Assembly: GCA_036338695.1 (NCBI GenBank)
Contig: JAYZBQ010000095.1
Span: 1 to 22,053 of the forward strand
Source: Myxococcota bacterium
GTDB taxonomy: Bacteria; Myxococcota; UBA4151
Reading direction: 5' to 3'
Length of the DNA: 22,053 nt
Both the position numbers and the translations under genes were made by a program. The notes under the pieces are model-generated. The model was not told the DNA's origin. It was given only the letters and a program-made list of their open reading frames with translations, and ran no database searches. Below, in pieces: positions 17,498 to 22,053 of the stretch (position 1 is its first letter; each line of letters begins with the position of its first letter).

Positions 17498-19349
17498 CGA
17501 TCTGTGCGGGCGCCTCGGCGGTCAGCTTTTCGAGCGCGCTTGTAACCGCCACGTTGAGCGGGTCGATGCGCTGCGCCGTACCTAGGTCAGACAAAGCCTC
17601 CTTATAACGCTTTTGCCCCATGCGTTCGCCCGCGCGCGCCATCACAAACTGACTCAGCAAGCTGCGTGCATCGACGATCACCTTGCTCTCGAGCTTTCCG
17701 CGTAACAACTCATCGTCGACCTTACGGATCAAGCCCCACTGCCTCAGCGCCATCATGAGGTCGCCGGACCGCTCGATCTCACGGATGCGTTTGACGTAGC
17801 CCTCGACGCGTCGGATCTTCTGCCGAAGGCTAGAGGCGGGCCCAAGCAGGCTACGGCGCTGCGTGTCATCGAGGACGCTGTTGAGCTCGCGCGAGGCGTT
17901 CGCCAGCCGCCCAGAGGCGTAGTGCTCCATCGCTTGACGCAAGCGAGCGTCCGGGTAGATCGAAGCGAGCGCCTCCTCACGCTTACGCACCTCAGGGTCA
18001 TCATCGCTGCGCGACGATAGGGTGCTGCAGCGCTCAAAGCCGCGCTTGCGACTCAACCGGCTCTCCGCTTTAGCGAGCAGGCTCACCATCGCCTTCGAAT
18101 GCGCGTACGCCAGGTAGGTGCAAGCTTGACTCTGACAGGTCCTCCAGCGGGCTCGACGGCAAGCCAGCGTGGCGCGGCTCTGGTACTGCGCGAGCAGCTC
18201 TGTCTGCGCCTCGGAGCGCTTGGTCACTGCCTCCTTGTAACGCAGGGTCCCCACCGGCACGGCGTTGAAATTAATCAGCGCCTTGTCGAAGTCGCCCTTG
18301 AGCATCGCCTTATCGCCTGCGGTGTAGTCACGGTTGGCCTCGATCTCGAGCTGCAGCCTGCGCTCGAGCTCGCGCGCACGCTGGTTCAAGGGGTCCTTCA
18401 TCAGGGCCCGCTCACGCACGAGATCCAGCGCGCCCTTCCAGGTCTGCGGCTTCTCGCGATCGAGCACCTTCTTCTCACCCGGTCCCAAGGGCTTTGTGGG
18501 CTCGCCGATCATCTTGAAGGCTTCCTCGATCGCCACGTCGACTTCGTTTGCGCGCTGTTGCCAAGCCGAGCGCTTCGCCCGTGGCGGGTCCTTGATCAGC
18601 AGAAAGATCCCCACCAGCGCTAAGACGGCCACCAGCACCTTTTGCGCAAGCGCCCGATCAAACGAGGGCAAGCGCACCGGGAGGCGACGGCTCGGGCGCC
18701 GCGGTTTGAGCTGCCCCTCGAACTCACCGAAGATGATCGAGACCGGTCCGCGCACCATGAGCTCGTTCTCGAGCCGCTCGCCGTTGACAAAGGTCCCGTT
18801 CGTGCCGCCGGCGTCCTCGATCCGTAGCTGCCCGCTTGGCAAGGGCGCCAGCATCGCGTGGCGCCGACTCACGGAAGGATGGTCAAGCGAGATGTCAGCG
18901 CCGAGGCTGCGCCCCACCACGGTAGGCCCCGCGATGACGTGGTTCTGGTTGTCTGCGGGGGTATGAAGGACCCATGGAACCAGGGCTCCAGAGCGCGGTA
19001 CGGACGACAAAGAGGGGACTGAGGTCTGGCTCAGGCCCGGCGCGTAAGCCGCCACGGGCGCAGCCACGACCACCCGGCAGTCACCAAACTGGATCTGATC
19101 GCCCACGGCGACCGCCTGTGGCGCCGTCCCGATCCGTTGACCTTGAACAAATACGCCGTTCGCGGCGCCAAGATCCTCAACGGTGAGGCTGCCCTTCGGT
19201 CCCCGCGCAAAGCGCAAGTGCATGCGACTCATCCGAGGGTCTTCGACGGTCACATCCGCCGATCGGGAGCGCCCGAGTACGAGCTGATCCCCCTCAAACG
19301 GGATCTGCCGCGTCTTGCCCGCTGGATTGGTTAGGACCAGGACCCACAT
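17442..19349 (-). CDS. Dual-FHA-domain membrane protein with an extracytoplasmic helical/TPR-like region
   Basis: FHA1: LGRS...SRMH...GAANGVFV. FHA2: VGRS...SRRH...GGTNGTFVNG. One TM segment (VLVAVLALVGIFLLI) is followed by TPR-like helices (YTAGDKAMLKGDFDKALINF; YKEALSDLGTAQRIDPLN). Confidence 0.85.
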   Translation of the reverse strand: MWVLVLTNPAGKTRQIPFEGDQLVLGRSRSADVTVEDPRMSRMHLRFARGPKGSLTVEDLGAANGVFVQGQRIGTAPQAVAVGDQIQFGDCRVVVAAPVAAYAPGLSQTSVPSLSSVPRSGALVPWVLHTPADNQNHVIAGPTVVGRSLGADISLDHPSVSRRHAMLAPLPSGQLRIEDAGGTNGTFVNGERLENELMVRGPVSIIFGEFEGQLKPRRPSRRLPVRLPSFDRALAQKVLVAVLALVGIFLLIKDPPRAKRSAWQQRANEVDVAIEEAFKMIGEPTKPLGPGEKKVLDREKPQTWKGALDLVRERALMKDPLNQRARELERRLQLEIEANRDYTAGDKAMLKGDFDKALINFNAVPVGTLRYKEAVTKRSEAQTELLAQYQSRATLACRRARWRTCQSQACTYLAYAHSKAMVSLLAKAESRLSRKRGFERCSTLSSRSDDDPEVRKREEALASIYPDARLRQAMEHYASGRLANASRELNSVLDDTQRRSLLGPASSLRQKIRRVEGYVKRIREIERSGDLMMALRQWGLIRKVDDELLRGKLESKVIVDARSLLSQFVMARAGERMGQKRYKEALSDLGTAQRIDPLNVAVTSALEKLTAEAPAQIAKEAMTLLANAREAAKGK

Positions 19350-19368
19350 GCGTCAGTCGTCTCTTGGT

Positions 19369-21429
19369 TCAGTCACTAAAAATGGACATATCAACCGGCA
19401 GGCCGCGGTCCTTCAGCTCTTGATAGAACCGAGGCACTAAGCCGGTCGGTTTGAGCTCCCCTTCGACGGTGCCATCCTTCTTCACGCCGCTTTGCTTGAA
19501 GACGAAGATATCGGCGAGCGTGATGATATCCACCTCCATCCCGAGGACCTCGGAGATGTGGGTGACGCGACGCGTCCCATCGCTGAGCCGGCTCTGCTGG
19601 ACGATGATATCCACCGCCGAGCTCACCTGCTCGCGGATGGCTCGAACGGGCAGCTCCATCCCGGACATCAGCACCATCGTCTCAAGGCGCGACAGGGCGT
19701 CGCGCGGCGAGTTGGCGTGCAGCGTGGTCAGCGAGCCGTCGTGACCGGTGTTCATGGCTTGCAGCATGTCCAAGGTCTCGCCGCCGCGGCACTCGCCCAC
19801 GACGATTCGATCCGGCCGCATACGCAGCGAGTTTTTGACCAGATCACGAATGGCGATCGCCCCTTTACCTTCAAGGTTCGGGGGCCTCGACTCCAGCGAG
19901 ACCACGTGATCCTGCGGCAACTGCAGCTCGGCAGCGTCCTCGATCGTGACGATACGCTCCGACGCGGGGATGTAGCTCGATAAAATGTTGAGCGTCGTGG
20001 TCTTCCCTGAGCCGGTGCCCCCCGAAATAACCACATTGCGCCGGTTGACGACCGCCTGACGCAGGAACTCGGCCATCTCCTGGTTCCGCGTGTTGCGGCG
20101 GATGAGGTCTTCGACCGTCATCCGCTCCTTGGCGAACTTACGGATCGTGATGCTCGGCCCGCGGATCGCAAGCGGCGGGATGATCGCGTTGACACGCGAG
20201 CCATCTTGTAGTCGTGCGTCGACCATGGGCGAGCTCTGATCAATACGGCGACCCAGCGGCGCCACGATGCGCTCGATGGCTTGCAGCACCGCACGGTCCG
20301 ACGAGAAGATCCGGTTGGCGCGCTCAAGTCGCCCGTTCCGCTCCACGTAGATCTGGCGCGGGTGATTCACCATCACCTCGGTGATGCTGTCATCCGCCAG
20401 GAACTCTTCGAGCGGCCCCAAGCCGTGCACTTCATCGAGGACGTCACGGATGATGCGATCACGCTCCAACCGCTCGTCCCACTCGCCTGCGGCGTCCATC
20501 TCATCGATGATGGCGACGATGGCGTCACGGCTGCGCTCACGAAGCGCCTCCTCTTCGAGCTGCTCCATCTCGAGCGTTCGAAGGTCGAGGACACGAATCA
20601 AACGATCGTGGAGCTCTTGGCGCAGTCTGGCTTCAAGGTTGACCGCCGCCTCGTCGAGCGGCTCCTCACGCGCCGGCTCAGGCGGGCTGACGGGCGCTGG
20701 CTCTGGAGCAGCCGCCTTAGGCGTCTTCGTCTTCGCCTTCGAGGGCGGCGGAGGTGCCGGAGCTGCGGGAGGTGCAGGCGGAGCCGGAGGCGCCGGGGGC
20801 GTAGGTGGCTCGTCCGGCTCCTGTTCTTGCGCTGCCTCGACGGGTTCCGGTGCAGGCGGCGGCGGCGGCGGTGCTGGAGGTGCAGCAGCCGGAGGCGGCG
20901 GGGGTGCCGGAGCCGCAGCTGCCGGCGGAGGAGGAGGCGCAGCCGCCTCAGGCGGTGCAGGCGGTGCAGGCGGTGCAGGCGGTGCAGGCGGCGCCGGAGG
21001 CGCCGGAGGAGGAGGAGGCGCCGCAGCGGGCGGCGCCGGAGGTGCAGGTGGTGCCGGGGGCGCAGGCGCTGCGGCGGGTGGTGGCGGTGGTGGCGGCGCA
21101 GCGGCATCGGCTGATGCGCCGGACGCGCTCGCCTCCTCCTCGATGCTCAACACGTAGTCCCCCACGTGCACTTTATCGGTGAGTGAGAGCACCTTGGCGC
21201 CGGTCAACTTCTCGCGGTTCACCCACGTCCCGTTGACGCTCCCCATGTCCTCCACGAGGACGTCGTCGCCGTCTCGGAACAAGCGGCAGTGCTTGCGGCT
21301 GATATTTTTCTTCGGGAGCACGATCTCGTCTCGCATCTTCTGCGTGACACGACCGATGACGATCTCGTCGCCTTCCGAGGCGAAGGTCCATTGCGTTCCT
21401 TGGTTGTCGCGAATGACGACACGAATCAT
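19369..21429 (-). CDS. cpaF: Tad pilus assembly ATPase CpaF/TadA with N-terminal FHA domain and Pro/Ala-rich linker
   Basis: N-terminal FHA (IGR...SRKH...GSVNGTWVN). The C-terminal part has [27 protein letters not shown], Walker [33 protein letters not shown] and His box [16 protein letters not shown]. Confidence 0.93.
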   Translation of the reverse strand: MIRVVIRDNQGTQWTFASEGDEIVIGRVTQKMRDEIVLPKKNISRKHCRLFRDGDDVLVEDMGSVNGTWVNREKLTGAKVLSLTDKVHVGDYVLSIEEEASASGASADAAAPPPPPPPAAAPAPPAPPAPPAPPAAAPPPPPAPPAPPAPPAPPAPPAPPEAAAPPPPPAAAAPAPPPPPAAAPPAPPPPPPAPEPVEAAQEQEPDEPPTPPAPPAPPAPPAAPAPPPPSKAKTKTPKAAAPEPAPVSPPEPAREEPLDEAAVNLEARLRQELHDRLIRVLDLRTLEMEQLEEEALRERSRDAIVAIIDEMDAAGEWDERLERDRIIRDVLDEVHGLGPLEEFLADDSITEVMVNHPRQIYVERNGRLERANRIFSSDRAVLQAIERIVAPLGRRIDQSSPMVDARLQDGSRVNAIIPPLAIRGPSITIRKFAKERMTVEDLIRRNTRNQEMAEFLRQAVVNRRNVVISGGTGSGKTTTLNILSSYIPASERIVTIEDAAELQLPQDHVVSLESRPPNLEGKGAIAIRDLVKNSLRMRPDRIVVGECRGGETLDMLQAMNTGHDGSLTTLHANSPRDALSRLETMVLMSGMELPVRAIREQVSSAVDIIVQQSRLSDGTRRVTHISEVLGMEVDIITLADIFVFKQSGVKKDGTVEGELKPTGLVPRFYQELKDRGLPVDMSIFSD
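20949..20991. repeat. Perfect 9-bp tandem repeat (GGCGGTGCA x4 plus partial flanks) in the Pro/Ala linker of cpaF
   Basis: GGCGGTGCA occurs at 20951, 20960, 20969 and 20978, encoding Ala-Pro-Pro repeats on the minus strand, inside a low-complexity region at about 20660-21140. Confidence 0.9.
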
Positions 21430-21433
21430 AGCA

Positions 21434-22053
21434 TCAATCCCAAATATTAAACCGTACTTCTTGACTTGAGCGATCGTACATCCTGCGCGCGTCGTCGATG
21501 ATCCGACGAACCCGGCGGCTCGAGGGCGTCACCAGACGCGGGGTCAACAGCACCATCAACTCACTCTTATTTTCTTTCCACGCCCGGCTCTTGAACAGCT
21601 CGCCAAGGATCGGAATGTGACCCAACCCTGGAAACTTGCTGACGTCCTTTTGCTCATCGTTGTTGTAGATCCCGCTCAGGACGATCGTCTCACCGCTCGA
21701 CGTCGAGACAGCCGTCTCAACGCGCCGAGTTCGAAACCCGGGGATGTTCAAGACGGCGACCGATGAGTCAGGCTGAGAGACCTCGGCCTTGATGCGCAGG
21801 TTGATGTTGCCGATGCGGTCCACCAGCGGCAGCACCCCGAGCCGCACCCCAAACTCCTTCCACTCCACCGTGGTCCCGTTCTGATTCTGCGTCACCACCG
21901 GGATCTCACCGCCCGCCAAGAAGTCGGCCTGCTCGCCTGCGCTGGCGAGCAAGCGCGGCTGCGCCAAAAGGCGCCCGTAGCCCGAATTGAACTGCAGCCC
22001 AAAACTGAACGGCGTTTCACCCGTCATGTCCATGGTGGCGCCGCCGCTGTCCG
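21434..22053 (-). CDS. cpaC: Tad-type secretin CpaC/RcpA, C-terminal part; 5'-truncated by the window edge
   Basis: Secretin motifs LLAQPRL...GEQADFLAGGEIPV, EWKEFGVRL...P, RRVETAV...SGETIVLSG and KFPGLGHIPILGELFKS...ELMVLLTP. The frame is open to the window end and the gene lies 4 nt upstream of cpaF. Confidence 0.88.
   Translation of the reverse strand, partial: DSGGATMDMTGETPFSFGLQFNSGYGRLLAQPRLLASAGEQADFLAGGEIPVVTQNQNGTTVEWKEFGVRLGVLPLVDRIGNINLRIKAEVSQPDSSVAVLNIPGFRTRRVETAVSTSSGETIVLSGIYNNDEQKDVSKFPGLGHIPILGELFKSRAWKENKSELMVLLTPRLVTPSSRRVRRIIDDARRMYDRSSQEVRFNIWD

Noticed and set aside
20660..21140. CRISPR array or mobile-element repeat
   Set aside because: The repeats are codon-phased low-complexity coding sequence without spacers. 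No cas, transposase, integrase, tRNA or rRNA signatures were recognised in the window.
20381..21157. Gly/Ala-rich 258-aa plus-strand ORF and Arg-rich ORFs in other frames
   Set aside because: These are antisense or frame shadows of the Pro/Ala linker of cpaF.

Overview
GC-rich bacterial DNA whose gene content resembles Myxococcota or related predatory deltaproteobacteria (Cys-rich lipoproteins with DAG-rich linkers, myxobacterial CGNG...CDDGN repeats, FHA-associated Tad genes); the taxonomy is inferred. There are three blocks. (1) 1-12883, + strand: a tightly packed operon of at least five tandem paralogous lipoprotein-like genes, the first cut by the window edge. Each complete copy has a DAG linker, 2-5 four-Cys modules, an FG-GAP/CRTAC1-like Ca-loop beta-propeller and an ASPIC/UnbV-like C-terminal region. 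The array runs with no gap into pbpC (penicillin-binding protein 1C). (2) 12880-17497: a Cys-repeat lipoprotein, thiC with a TPP riboswitch, a TPR-like membrane protein and a degenerate ThiE/TenI-like gene. (3) 17442-22053, - strand: a Tad-like cluster of a secretin (partial), an FHA-Pro-rich-CpaF ATPase fusion and a dual-FHA membrane protein, resembling the Myxococcus Kil prey-killing locus. The best candidate for an undescribed system is the diversified beta-propeller lipoprotein array coupled to pbpC, in the position where alpha-2-macroglobulin is usually found. All assignments come from reading motifs by eye; no searches were run.
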